Shown piece by piece: positions 25,801 through 38,724 of a stretch of 64,000 nt of DNA; the first letter of the stretch is position 1, and the number at the start of each line of letters is the position of its first letter. The position numbers and the translations under genes are program-made. The notes under the pieces were generated by a model that saw only the letters and a list, made by a program, of their open reading frames with translations, was not told where the DNA came from and did no database searches. Source of the stretch: Mobula hypostoma. Taxonomy: Eukaryota. The stretch covers positions 168,084,001-168,148,000 of the forward strand of contig NC_086097.1 of assembly GCF_963921235.1 (NCBI RefSeq), read 5' to 3'.

Positions 25801-26905
25801 AGGTCTAAGGTCTTGAAGCATTTGATTAGTTTTGAGGGGATGATAGTATTGAATGCTGAGCTGTAGTTAATGAAGAGCATCCTGATATATGCATCTTTGC
25901 TGTCCAGCTGTTCCAGGGTTGAGTGAAGCACCAATAAAATGACATCTGTTGCTGACCTGTAATGACGATAGGAATATTGGAGCAGATCCAAGTCACTCCT
26001 CAGGCAGGAGTTGATGTGTTTCATCACCAACTTCTGAAAGCATTTTATCAGTGGATGTAAGTGCTACTGGATGATAGTTATTGATCTTAGGCAAATTTTA
26101 ATTAAAGCCTGGTGGGTACTTCAGAATGCTGAAGAAAGAGGTTAAAGATATCAATGAACACTCCAGCCAGTTGATCGGCACAGGTCTTTGTTAAACGGCC
26201 AGGTACCCCATCTGGGCTGGATGCTTTCTGTGGGTTCACCCCCCTGAAGGATGCTCTTATGTCGGCCTTAGACTGAAATCACAGGGTCATCGGGAACTTT
26301 GGAAGTTTGTGAAGGAATCTCCATGTTTGACAGTCAAAGCGAACATAAAAGGCATAAAGGTCATCTGGAGGCAAAACAATGTTGCCACCAATGTCACTTG
26401 GTTTCACTTTGTAGGAGGTGATAGCATTCAAGCCCTACCACAGCTGTTGAACATCCTTCAGCGATTCAGGTTTGGTCCAGAATTGCCAATTCACATTTAA
26501 GATGGCTTTCCGGATTGTACTTGGACCCCGCATATTTTACTTAGTTGCCAGACTTGAACACCACATATATGGCCGTCAGCAGATTGCAGATTTCAGATTT
26601 CATGGTTTATCCAGGGCTTCTGGTTGTGAAAGACTCTAAATGATTTTGTAGGGACACACTCATTCATCTACGACTTTTTATAAAGTCTGTGACAACTGTG
26701 GCATATTCATCCTATGACCATCTCTTCGTTGTCCTTACTTCTGAAGCATTGCTCTTTAGCCTCTGCCAGCATGCAGGTAGGAGGAGGACATCCAAATGAT
26801 TAGATTTCCCAAAGTGCAGTCTAGGGATCGAACGGTAAGCATTCATTACGGTAATATATCAGTGGTCGAGTGTGTTAAGACTCCTGCTGCTGCAGGTGAT
26901 ATTTG
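22845..26905 (-). mobile_element. Rex1-like LINE (decayed), split by a Rex/Babar copy
   Basis: LQYSYRHYRSATD...YIRMLFINYSSAFNTIIP and LTNFYRCAVENLLTGCIMAWYG. Confidence 0.8.
23073..24887 (+). mobile_element. Rex/Babar LINE, 5'-truncated
   Basis: EVWRGMKNITG, RIMFFDFSSA, FS.DSAIVGCI and LQLNISKTKKMVMDFR; AATAAA plus (CTAT)n tail. Confidence 0.85.
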
Positions 26906-29891
26906 AGAGTCAGAGAGTCATTAAGAAGTACAGCACATAAGCAGGCCCTTTGACCCATCTAGTCCATGCCAAAACCATTTAAACTGCCTACTCCCATCAA
27001 CCTGCACCAGGACCATAGCCCTCGATATCCCTACTATCCATGTACTTATCCAAACTTCTCTTAAATGTTGAAATCGAGCTCACGTGGATCACTTGTGCTG
27101 GCATTTTATTCCACACTCTCACAACCCTCGGAGTGAAGAAGTTTCCCCTCATGTTCCCTTAAACTTTTCACCCTTAAGCCATGACCTTTGCTTGTAGTCC
27201 CATCCAACCTCAGTGGAAAAAGCCTGCTTGCGTTCACCCTATCTATACCCCTCATAATTTTGATACCTCTGTCAAATCTCCTCTCAATGTTCTATGTTCT
27301 AAAGAATACAGTCCTAACTTATTCAATCTTTCCTTATAACTCAGGTCCTCCAGACCTGGCAACATCTTTGTAAATTTTCTCTGCACTCTTTCAACCTTGT
27401 TTACATCTTTCCTATAGGTAGGTGACCAAAAATGCACACAATACTTCAAATTAGGCCTCACCAACATCTTATACAACTTCAACATAACATTCCATCTTCC
27501 GTACATAATACATTGACTTATGAAGGCCAATTTGCCAAAAGCTTTCTTTTCGACCCTATCTACATGTGACGCCACTTTCAACAAGTTAGTACCCTTACTT
27601 CTACCACACTCCTTAGTGCCCTACCCTGGTTAATACTACCGAAGTGCAAAACCTTCCACTTGTCTGCATTAAATTCCATCTGCCATTTTTCCAGTTGATG
27701 CAGATCCCTCTGCAAGCCATGATAGCCTTCCTCACTGTCCACTGCACCACCAATCTTGGTGTCATCCACAAATTTGCTGATCCAGTTAACCACATTGTCA
27801 TCTAGATCACTGATATAGATAACCAACAACAAAGGACCCAGCACAAAAGGCACACCACTAGTCACAAGCCTTCAGTCAGAGAGATAACCCTCTACTACAA
27901 CTCTCTGGCTTCTCGCACAAAGCCAAAGTCTAACCCAATTTACTACCTCATCCTGAGTGCCTAGTGACTGAACCTACTTGACCAGCCTCCCATCAGGACT
28001 TTGTCAAATGCCTTACTAAAGAGCACATAGATAACATACACTGCCTTGCCTTCATGCACCTTCCTGGTAACTTCCTCAGGAAAAAATCTAATTAGTCATG
28101 ACCTACCATGCACGAAGCCAGGCTGACTATCTTATATCAGTCCATGTCTAATAAACTCTACTCAGGCTTCCAGCCAGGTACAAGTATCAATTATAACCGA
28201 CATTTCGATGACGAACTTTGCCATCTCCTTTTTGAGGGTTCCTCCTCGTTGTTAGGTTTCTTGGTTTTTCTGTCAGCCCCTTTAAGAGCTTAGTCTCCAA
28301 GTATCCTGAAACCTTATCCTTAATAATAGACTCCAACACTTTCCCGACCACTGAAGTTAGGCTAAATGGCCTATAATTTCCTTTCTTTAGTCTCCCTCCC
28401 CTCATAAAGAGAGGGGTGACATTTGCAATCTTCCAGTCCCCTGGACCCATACCAGAATCAAGTGGTTCTTGAAAGATCATGACCAATGCATTCATCACCT
28501 CTTCAGCAACCTCTGTCAGGACTCTGGGATGTAGTCCATCTGGTCCAGGTGACTTATCCACCTTAAGACCTTTCAGTTTGCCTAACACTTTTTCCTTTGT
28601 AATAGCAATGGCACTCACTCCTGCTTGCTGATACTCTTGGACCTCTGGCACACTGCTTGTGTCTTCCACAGTGAAGACAAATGCAAAGTACCCATTAAGT
28701 TCATCTGCCATTTCTTTGTCCCTCATTACTATCTCACCAGCATCATTTTCCAGGTGCCTAATATCAATTCTCACCTCCCTTTTACCCTTTATATAACTGA
28801 AAAAACTTATGGTATCCTGCTTTATATTATTGGCTAGTCTGCCCTCATATTTAATCTTTTCCCTTCTTATAGCTTTTTTAATTGCCTTTTGTTGGATTTT
28901 AAAAGCTTCTCAATCATCCAACTTCCCACTCACTTTTGTTACCTTATATGCCCTTCCCTTGGAAGTCTTCAACTTCCCTTGTCAGCCATGTTTGCCTACC
29001 CCTGCCATTTGAGAACAACTTCTGTGGGACAGATCTATCCTCTGCCTTGTGAACTTTCCCAGAAGCTTCAGGTGCCTCTTTTCTGCCCTCATCCCACCAG
29101 TATCCCCCTCCAATCCACCTGGACAAGCCCCTCTCTCATGCCTCTGCAATTCCTTTTATTCCATTGTGATACTGATACATGTGACTTGTGCTTCTCCCTC
29201 TCAAACTGCATATGAATTCAATCATATTATGATCGCTACCTCCTAAGGGTTCTTTTACGTTAAGCTCCCTAATGAGATCCGGGTTATTACACAACACCCA
29301 ATCTAAGTTAGCCTTTTCCCGAGTACAGTTACAATTGTGTCATTATCCTTATTACATGCCTTTTCCAGATCCCTTTGCAATCTCAACCCCACATCTTGGA
29401 TACAATTTGGAGGCCTACATATAATTCCCATGTTTTTTTTACCCTTGCAATTTCTTAACACCACCCACAAAGATTCAACATTCTCTTACCTTATGTCATC
29501 TATTTCTAAAGATGTAATTCCATCTCTTTTCAATAGAACCACACTACCGCCTATGCCTTCCTACCTGTCCTTTCGATACAGAGTATATCCTTTGATCTTA
29601 AGTTCTCCACTATGGCCTTCTTTCAGACACAACTCACTGATGCCCACAACGTCATACCGACTAATCTCTAACTGCACCACGAGTTCGTCCACCTTATTCT
29701 GAATGCTACACACATTTAAACACAGCACCTTCAGTCCTGTGTTCTATACCTCTTTGAATTTTGCCTCTGTGGTACAGTTTAACTTTTTGCTCTTGCACCA
29801 TTTGCACCAAATCATTGGCTTGTCCTTCCTTACATTCATGTTATACCCATCATCTACGTGTAAACCTGCTGGCTCATCCTCAGCTCTATCA

Positions 29892-30504
29892 ACACACACA
29901 AAATGCTGGTGGAATGCTGGAGAAGGGAGGGGATCCCATTCTGATATGTCTATCCATGGCCTCCTCTACTGTCAAGATGAAGCCACACTCAGGTTGGAGG
30001 AACAACACCTTATATTCTGTCTGGGTAGCCTCCAACCTGATGGCATGAACACTGATTTTTCTAACTTCCGTTAATGCCCCTCCTCCACTTCTTACCCCGT
30101 CCCTTATTTACTTATTATTATTTTTTCCCTTTCTTTCTCTCTCTCATTTTTTTCCCTCTGTCCCTCTCACTATAACTCCTTGCCTGCTCTCCATCTTCCT
30201 CTGGTGCACCTCTCCTCCCATCCCATGACCCTCTCCCTTCTCCAGCCTTGTATCCCTTTTGCCAATCAACTTTCCAGCTCTTGGCTCCACTCCTCCTGTC
30301 TTCTCCTGTCATTTCAGATCTCCCCCTCCCCTCCCCCTCCCACCTTCAAATCTCTTACTATCTCTTCTTTCAGTTAGTCCTGACAAAGGGTCTCGGCCTG
30401 AAACGTCGACTGTACCTCTTCCTATAGATGCTGCCTGACCTGCTGCGTTTCACCAGCATTTTGTGTGTGTTGCTTGAATTTCCAGCATCTGCAGATTTCC
30501 TCGT
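29892..30504 (+). mobile_element. Penelope-like 3' fragment with short inverted head and 13-bp TSD
   Basis: RLEEQHLIFCLGSLQPDGMN motif; hammerhead at 30376-30411; TSD CTCAGCTCTATCA at 29879-29891 and 30505-30517. Confidence 0.85.
30376..30411 (+). ncRNA. Minimal type I hammerhead ribozyme motif (core mutated, CUGACAA)
   Basis: AGTC-CTGACAA-AGGGTCTCGGCCT-GAAA-CG-TC-GACT; stem I AGTC/GACT, stem II AGG/CCT. Confidence 0.75.
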
Positions 30505-32975
30505 CTCAGCTCTATCATATTGCTTCCCATCCCCTTGCCGTATTAGTTTAAACTACTCCCAACAGTTCTAGTAAATCTGCCCACAAGAATATTGGTCCCC
30601 CTCGGATTCAAGTGCAACCCATCCCTATTGTACAGGTCCCAATTATCCAGAAATCTGGATCCCTGCTCCCTGCTCCAATTCTTCAGCCATGCTTTTATCT
30701 GCCACCTTATTCTACTCCTGTCCTCACTGTCGCGTGGCACAGGCAGCAATCCCGAGTTTACTACCTTTGAGGTCCTGCTTCTCAGCTTCCTTCCTCACTC
30801 GCTGTATTCTTTATTCAGGACATCCTCCCTTTTTCTACTTAGTTCGTTGGAACTAATATGTACCACAACTTCTGGCTACTCGCCCTTCCTTTACAAGTTA
30901 TTGGGAACGCATCCAGAAACATCATGTACCCTGAGACCTGGAAGGCAAATAACAATCCGTGTTTCCTTTTCCCATCCAGAGAATCGTTCCTCTGTCCCCC
31001 GACTATAGAGTCCCCAATTACTGCTGCCATCCTCTTCAGTTTCCTACCCTTCTGAGCCACAGGGCCAGACTCAGTACCAGAGGCACAGCCACTGTTGCTT
31101 CCCCCAAGGTAGGTTAACACCCCCCCCCAACCAACTATATTCAAAATGGAGACAATATTGTTGAGGGGTACGTCCACTGGGGTGCTCTCTACTATCCCTC
31201 ACCTCTCCTGACAGTCACCCATACAGATGCAAAGAATGCATTTAAGATCTCCCCCATCCATTTTGGCTCCACATATGGAATACCATTCTTATCTTCCAGA
31301 AAACCAAGTTTGTTCCTTGCAATCCTTCTGCCCTTAACATACCTGTAGAATCCCTTAGGATTCTTCTTCACCAAACAGCTAGAGCAACGTCATTGCTTCT
31401 TTTAACCTTCCCGTTTTCTTTCAGAAGTGTTCTCTTACATTTCTTGTACTCCATGAGCACCTTATTTGTTTCTGCTTGCCCTATACCTGCAAAGCACCTC
31501 CTTTTTCCTCTTAACCCGGCCCTCAATGTCTCTTGAAAATCAAGGTTCCCTACACTTGTTATCTTTACCTTTTATTCTGACAGGCACAAACAAGCTTTGT
31601 ACTCTCAAAATTTCATTTTTGAAGGCCTCCCACTTTCCAAGTACACCTTTGCCAGAAACAGCCTGTCCCAATCGACACTTGCCAGATCATTTCTGATACC
31701 ATCAAAATTGACCTTTCTCTAATTTAGAATCTCAACCCACAGACCAGACCTATCGCTTTGCATATTTACTTTGAAACTAATGGCATTGTGGTCACTGGAT
31801 TCAAAGTGTTCCCCCACACAAACTTCTGTCACCTGCCCTGTCTCATTCCCAAATAGCAGATCCAGCATTGCACGCTCTCTCATTGGGACTTCTATGTACT
31901 GATGAAGGACAGGTTCCTGAACACATTTGACAAACTCTATCCCATCTAGTCCTTTTATAGTATGGGATTCCTAGTCAATATGTGAAAAGTTAATATCACC
32001 TACTACAACAACCTTATGTTTCTTGCAGCAGTCTGCAATTTCTTTACAAATTTGTTCCTTTACATCCCTGTGACTGTTGGATGCTCTGAAATTTCTTATT
32101 TCTCAGTTCCACCCATAGCACCTCACCAGTCAAGTTCTTCTGACTGTTCTGATGGAGCACTGCTGTGACATTTCCCCTGACTAGTAACGCCAACCCCTCT
32201 CCTTTAATCGTTCCCACTCTGTTACATCTAAAACAACAGAACCCCAGGATACTGAGCTGCCAGTCCTGCCCCTCCTGTAACCAAGTCTCACAAATGGCTA
32301 TAATGCCATAATTCCAGTGTAGATCCATGCCTTGAGCTCATCCACCTTTCCTTCTATACTTCTTGCATTGAAATATCTGCAGCTCAGGACACTAATTGCA
32401 CCATGCTCAACCTTTTGATTCCTGACTTTGTCTTAGGTCTTACCAACATTTGCCTCCACAACCTCTCCACTAACTGTTCTGGCATTTCCCCCTGCAAATC
32501 TAGTTTGAACCCCACCGTGTAGCATTAACAAACTTTCCCGCTAGGATATTTGTCCCCCTCCAGTTCAGTTGCAAACTGTCCCTTCAGCACAGGTCCCACC
32601 TTCCTTAGAAAAGAGCCCAATGATCCAAAGATCTGAAGCCTTCCCTCCTACATCAACTCCTTAGCCACATATTAAACTATATAATCTTCCTAGTTCTGGC
32701 CTCACTAGCATGTGGCAAGGGTAGCAATCCTGAGATCACAACCCAAGCACCTAACTCCCTATGCAGAACCTCGTCACTCGTCCTATCCATGTCATTGGTA
32801 CCTGCATGGACCACGACCTCTGGCTGCTCACCCTCCCACTTAAGAATACTGAGGTCTTGATCCAAGATGTGCTCGGTCCTGACATCCAGGAATCTCGCTC
32901 TTGCCCACAGGATTTCCTGTCCATTGCCCTATCACCACAGCATGCCTCTTCTCCTCCTTCCCCTCTGAGTCACTG

Positions 32976-33011
32976 AGTCCTGCCGAAGGGTTTCGGCCTG
33001 AAACGTCAACT
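32976..33011 (+). ncRNA. Minimal hammerhead motif (mutated)
   Basis: AGTC-CTGCCGA-AGGGTTTCGGCCT-GAAA-CG-TC-AACT. Confidence 0.65.
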
Positions 33012-35992
33012 GTACTTTTTCCATGGCCTACTGAGTTCGTCCAGCATTTTGTGTGTGTTGTTTGGCAGACTCAGTGCTAGAGACCTGACCGACCACTGTG
33101 ACTTTCCTCTTGTAGGTCAACCCCTAACCACTTCCCCCTCCCGATAGTATCCAAAGTGATATACCTGTTATTGAGGAGGATGGCCACAAGGGTACTCTGC
33201 ACTGGCTCCTTAACCCCTTTCTCCTTCCTGACTCTCACCCAGCTTCCTGCACCCTGCACCTTGGGTGTGACTACCTCTCTATATATCCTATCTATCACTC
33301 CTTCAGCCTCCCAAATTATCCAGAGTTCATCGAATTTCAGCTCCAATTCCTTAAATGCATATTATTAAAAGCTGCAGCTGGACGCATTTTTCAGTTATAG
33401 TCATCAGGGACACTGGAGGTCTCTCTGCCTTCCCACATTCCGCAAGATGAGCATTCCACTATCCTGCCTGACATGTCTATTCTCCTGAGCAGATATAAAT
33501 AAGGGAAGGAAAAGAAACCTAGAGCTCTTCTTTGCTTTCTCTGACTGAAGCACTTTTTGCTGAAGCCTCGAAGAGCCTCAAGTTCACCACTCTGACTGTC
33601 CACTATGACAATGGCCACTGCACTTGCCCCTGCTTTCCTTTAATTTGCTCTTGCTGATCAATCCCAAACATGGATTGGTCGCTGGTCAGAACTCAATTAC
33701 ACTGCAGAAACCAGCTGCTGCCTTTTTCTACTCAGACAATGGACCTGAGTGAAATCCCCTTCACTCAAACTTCCAATGTCTGGATTGGTCACTGGTCAAA
33801 GCTTTAGGTTAATGATAATTAGGTAGAAATGTCTTCAGACAGGCCTGTTTGAAGTCCCCAACAATGATTTGCAAGGCGTTGGATTAGGCTCTCAGTACGT
33901 CAAGTGCCTGCTTGAGGGAGGTATTATGACAAGTCTAAAGCAGCCAACACCTATTGCTTGGCTGTCAACCAATCCCAGGCTGACCTTTTCTGATTGGTCA
34001 TTGTTCTGGACAATGTTTCAAATGCTCTTCATGAACTTTAGATAGTCATGCTCTGACTGCACTGTTGATTTTAGCTGTGTGGTTTGCTGAATAAAGGTAT
34101 ATTCCGTCTTTGTTCTATCTCCAGGCTTAGGAGTAGTTACAGACAAACGAACACAACAAAGGGGATCAACATTGCTTAAAAAGTCTGACACTATAAACAG
34201 ACTTACAGAATGTACAGAATTAGGATGCAGATTTTTTTTTGTAAAACTGTATAAGGCTGTGGTCCTGTGGTAAATTCATACCTCAGATACTTTGTAGTGT
34301 TTTGGTCTCCTTCATAAGGCTGATGGATTCCTGGAATAAGAGCATTGTCCATGAAAAAAGTGCAAGCAGAGTGGGTATTTACTCTCTGAAGTGCAGGAAA
34401 GAGAAGTGACTTCACTGAAACATAAAACATTCTGATTGAGCTAGACTGAAACCCCTGCTGGAGGAAATTTAAACATGAGAATTCTCTGTCCGAGATACTT
34501 GTGAATAATGCCAAGTCACTAAGTTCTACTCAGATCACATATAATTACTGTAAACCCCCTACATTCAAGGTTTCACAAGTTTGTGGCCAACTCTTCCATG
34601 GTTATCACAACTTCTAGATACAAGAACAGTGTAATACAAGCGGATTAACGGAAGAAGCTGCTGACCTATTCTAGCTATTTAGTATTAATTACCTCCAGCT
34701 GCCTTTCCCATCCAGCCCCTTGATTTTAGCAGCAACCATCCTTCACAATACTTCCATTGAGTGTACTGACACTTACTGTACAACCAGTGCAGCTGTGTGA
34801 AGAATGACAGCTGGCTGGCTACTTAAACAGCAGTGGTTTCCACATAGCAGGGAGCCACTTAACATAAGTGGTCTGAAAATACTCACCATATTTATATGAA
34901 AAATGATTTGTTCCTCAATAGGTATAGATATTACGGTTTAGTATTGGGACAAGACAAATGTGTGGAGAACATAATAAGCCATGTGGAGATTTATGCAAAA
35001 GTGGCCATGAATCACATAATTTTTGGGATCCACAGCAATTTCTGGAATTCCCTCCTACAAAAGTTAAGGGTATACGGTAGATCTTATGACCTATGAAGGG
35101 GTGGAGAGGTGAGGTGGTAGTTTGTGAAGGAGTGATGTCATGGGTTTATGGGAATTGAGCAAAAAGTGTATGAACAGATCACAACAAATGGCAGAGCAGA
35201 TTCAAAAGAACTCATGGTCAACTCCCGGTCCTATTTTTTTCTTAACTTCATGTTCGTTTTGTTTGGAAAAACTATATAGCCTTTAGAACATTAAACGATT
35301 CATTAAAGGATGGAAAAAGAGCTTTGATGAATAATTGTTTTTAGGCTGTACCAGTAGCACTGCAGTTTTCTTTTGATTACATTAATAATTTACAGAGTAT
35401 ATGGTAAAGTTTTGAAATTTGCAACTGAAATAACTTAGAGTACAGTTCAGTAAATCAGGAATGGATTTCAAGAGGACAGAGACAATAGGCAGACACAAGA
35501 TCACACGAAGAATTTAGAACCCATCACTTCACAGGACAACTGGAAGTAGGTTCAACAGCATTCAAATCAAAAATGGATAAATCTTGCAAGAAAAGTGGGA
35601 AGGAATGGGAGGTTGTAGGACTAACTGGATTGTTCTTCAAAAAAAAAACCGAAGCAAGCAAAATGGTTCAAATGGCCACTTTATGCCATTGTTTGAGCAA
35701 TGCTAGATGTTCTAGACTTGGTTTATGCCAAGTGAGCTTTTTCCAGCAAGGACGTCATTAATAGTCTCTCTGCCCTTAGGAAATTTCTCAGCAGCTATAC
35801 CTATGCTTGTTCACCAGTCAAAATGCATAATGCTTTCTTTATAGTATTCTCTCCCCTATCTATCTTATATGGTTAGTCAGCACTCCAATTATACGTGAGA
35901 AATGGACATTTGAGTTAGTTGATGTACTGTATAGCTACTTCCTCTTACAGGTGAAAATCTCCAGGAGAGAAAGTATCCAGTTGAAACCTCAC

Positions 35993-36167
35993 CAATGTTA
36001 ATGCAGCCAGGTGAGCAAGCACTGGCACCACCAGACATACGTTTGCAAGATGTAGAGTCTTGTTCCAGCATAGACATTCTTTGCTTTCTCTCCATTTGTG
36101 TCTGCTGCAGCTGCTGAAGTTTTTGCTTACAGGTCATTAGCTGTAGCTCTAACTCATGATTCATGAT
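35993..36167 (-). CDS. Coiled-coil gene, exon 5 (IMNHELELQLMTCKQKLQQL...PGCINI-E)
   Basis: Acceptor ttttccag|ATC and donor G|gtgagg. 175 bp, phase 0 to 1; lies within ORF 35889..36194(-). Confidence 0.88.
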
Positions 36168-37194
36168 CTGGAAAATGCAAGAGAGAGGAACCAAAACATT
36201 TCGAAATGAATGAATAGCAAATGTACTTAAAATTAAAAATCCAAATAAAATTAATGGTCATTACTCTTTTCTATTTGACTTTGAGTCAAACATCAACATC
36301 TGCTTAAGTGGGAAAATAGCAGACATTCTTATGCAAACTTTTTCCATAGTCAGTTAACATCCAACATAGAGATCAATGTAAATTTAAATCCAACATTGAG
36401 TGAAAAAATCAAAAACTGCAGATGCTAGAAATCTAAAGTAAAAACAAAAAATACTGGAAATACTCAGCAGGTCACAATAGAAACAGAGATAATGTTTCTT
36501 TATCCGAACATTCTGACCCTTTTGTAGAACATTCAACATCCGTTTGCTTAGTCTACAACTTCCTTTATACTTTTATCAAAAGATGTTGGAAGTTTTGGGA
36601 TAAATAATTCCCAATACAGATATCATGTCCATTTATTCCTGAATTTTTATACATATTTATGGTGCTCAAATAGTATATCTGGTTGAAATCATATTTTTTA
36701 AATTTTGGTGATCTAAGGTCGACTTCCTCTACGGCAGCAGTTATTCTGAAAGCACAGTAAAGCACAGGTACCTGAGGTTCATGTCTGCTATAAATGAAAC
36801 TATACTTTCATTTCAAAGTATAGTTTCAAAGGATCTATACTCTCCCATTGCAGGCATCTTGTGTGTAGAAAATTTCCCATCTTCATACCATATTCTGCTG
36901 CCTAGACCTCAAACTCTGGAATTCCCTCTTGAAACTTCTTTTCCTTTTCCAACTTTCAATCCCTGTTTAAGGTTCTTGAAACCTCCCTCTTTACTGGTTG
37001 TATAATCCTAATGAGACTTATCAACAAATGTTAAGATACTGTACCTACAATGACTGTAAGTGATAAGATGTGAGATAAATACAACATATTGTTGAGTAGT
37101 ATTTTAAAGTAGGGTGTTAATGCTGAACCTGAAACAAGGTACTCTAATCTGAAAAGATTAACTGCGAGAGTAGAAGAAGCTGGATTACTGCAAA

Positions 37195-37850
37195 CAGGAG
37201 AAGATGGCGGCGCGATGGCAGCACACGTGGCCTCGCTGGTGATTGATATCTGTAATTGTCAAGTAGGGGACCATGCACAACTCTGATTTGATGGAGACAG
37301 ACGTGAGAGTACGGAGGAACATCTGGAAAACTTCTGAAATGTCCGCTTCGCTGCCGCTGCTACTGTGTGGTAACCGGAATCTCCAGAGCAGAAGGCCCGA
37401 ATCCTCGGCTTTACTTGTTTCTATGGCCGGGGCGAGGTCGAAGGCGCTCGGGAGGCTGTATCAGAGGGGCTGGTCGGAGGCTCGAAGTTTTTGGACGGAC
37501 GGACTCAGCGTCGGCTGTGGTTGGCTGCTTCCAAGGCAAGTTGACGGTGCCTGGGGGTTTATGTCAGGGAGTTTCTCCCTTTTGCCACCTGCTATCGGGG
37601 ACTCAGGAGTCGATCGACTCGGGGACTTTGAGGCTATTTTTACCGTGCCCATGGTTTGTTCTTCATCAAATTATGGTATTGCTTTGTACTGCTGTAACTA
37701 TTTGTTATGATTATGTGGTTCTGTCAGTGTTAGTCTTTGGTTTGTCCTGTTTTCTGTGATATCACTCCAGAGAAACATTGTATCATTTCATAATGCATGT
37801 ATGCATTTCTAAATGACAATAAAAGAGGACTGAGTCTTCTCATAATCTAC
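37195..37850 (+). mobile_element. CpG-rich non-autonomous retroelement (YY1-like head, LINE-like AATAAA tail)
   Basis: Starts AAGATGGCGGCG and ends ...ATGACAATAAAAGAGG...ATAATCTA; CpGs retained; no recognisable protein. Confidence 0.55.
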
Positions 37851-38630
37851 TTGCAATCCAGGGGTTAATCAAGCAGTCTTGATTTTTCAGTAAGATTACT
37901 GGTCATAACCAACATTGTTCAAAAATGTTAAAACTCAAATTAGGAAAAGACTGGCATTTAGCTACGGGATAAAGACAAATTCAAAATGCTGAAAAATATG
38001 GAGATACAGGAATATAGCAAGACTGGTGCAAGGGAGACATAGGCTCACTCTAGTTTTGAGATCAGCGTCGTTCCACTAAATGCAGTCTAATAAAAAGCAC
38101 ATTTAGGTAAGTACATGAGAAATTGTATTATATTACTAGAGAAGAACAAAACATTGAATTAAAATACAATATCAGCACTAAAGAGCAAAGCAGTCAGATT
38201 GCTAGAAAATTCAGGATTAGTGTTCCTCACGTTATGGAATGTTTGGAAATCCCAAAAATAGCATGTTGAGAAACAGGGAATGCTGACATCCATGAAAAGC
38301 AACTGAGATTTATGAATCATCTTTAAATGGGAAGAAAATCAATGTAAGATGTTTTACAAAAGACATTCATAGGTTTTTTTCATTTTACTGCTGCTAACAA
38401 TATAACTAATTCCACCCATATGATTGGGCTAACATCTATAGCCAAAATTCCTTGTATGAAGGAATCAATAAACAAACCAGTGACCAAAATAAACTTGTAG
38501 TCCCGTTTTCAATCAAATTCAGTTTTGATTCTAAATCTAGGGTACACTTGTATTTTAGACATCACAATATTTCACGTGTAAATATTCACTGTACTATGAG
38601 TAAGGCATGACACAAAAATGCACAACTCAC

Positions 38631-38724
38631 AGTGAGCTTCGAAATAGTTTCACTCTGCTCTTTGATGGTTTTAAGTTCTTCTTCATATTGTTTCTGAAGG
38701 GCATTGTATGTCTGCAATAGCTGA
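38631..38724 (-). CDS. Coiled-coil gene, exon 4 (QLLQTYNALQKQYEEELKTIKEQSETISKLT)
   Basis: Acceptor ttttcccag|T and donor ACT|gtgagt. 94 bp, phase 2 to 0. Confidence 0.88.

Larger units (their letters stand above)
26905..33810 (-). mobile_element. Nested CR1 LINEs (26905-28150 with 31226-33810; second copy 28272-31225), including ORF1 regions
   Basis: CR1 RT, endonuclease and ORF1 motifs in ORFs 27252.., 28187.., 30543.., 32044.., 32677.., 33077.. and 33391..; boundaries approximate. Confidence 0.8.
21220..34158 (+). mobile_element. Decayed Gypsy LTR retrotransposon expanded by nested insertions
   Basis: Homologous LTRs at 21220-21438 and 33922-34158 with flanks AAGGA/AAGGG. gag/RT remnants at 21440-22840 (ECEKFKL...FKCL.FICGL; WAAPIV; TTHKGL; FQQLMDTML; KYLGF). 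PPT-like GAGGGAGG precedes the 3' LTR. Confidence 0.8.

Noticed and set aside
37273..37759. 145-aa and 130-aa ORFs
   Set aside because: GC-rich repeat-like body with no recognisable domain or splice support.
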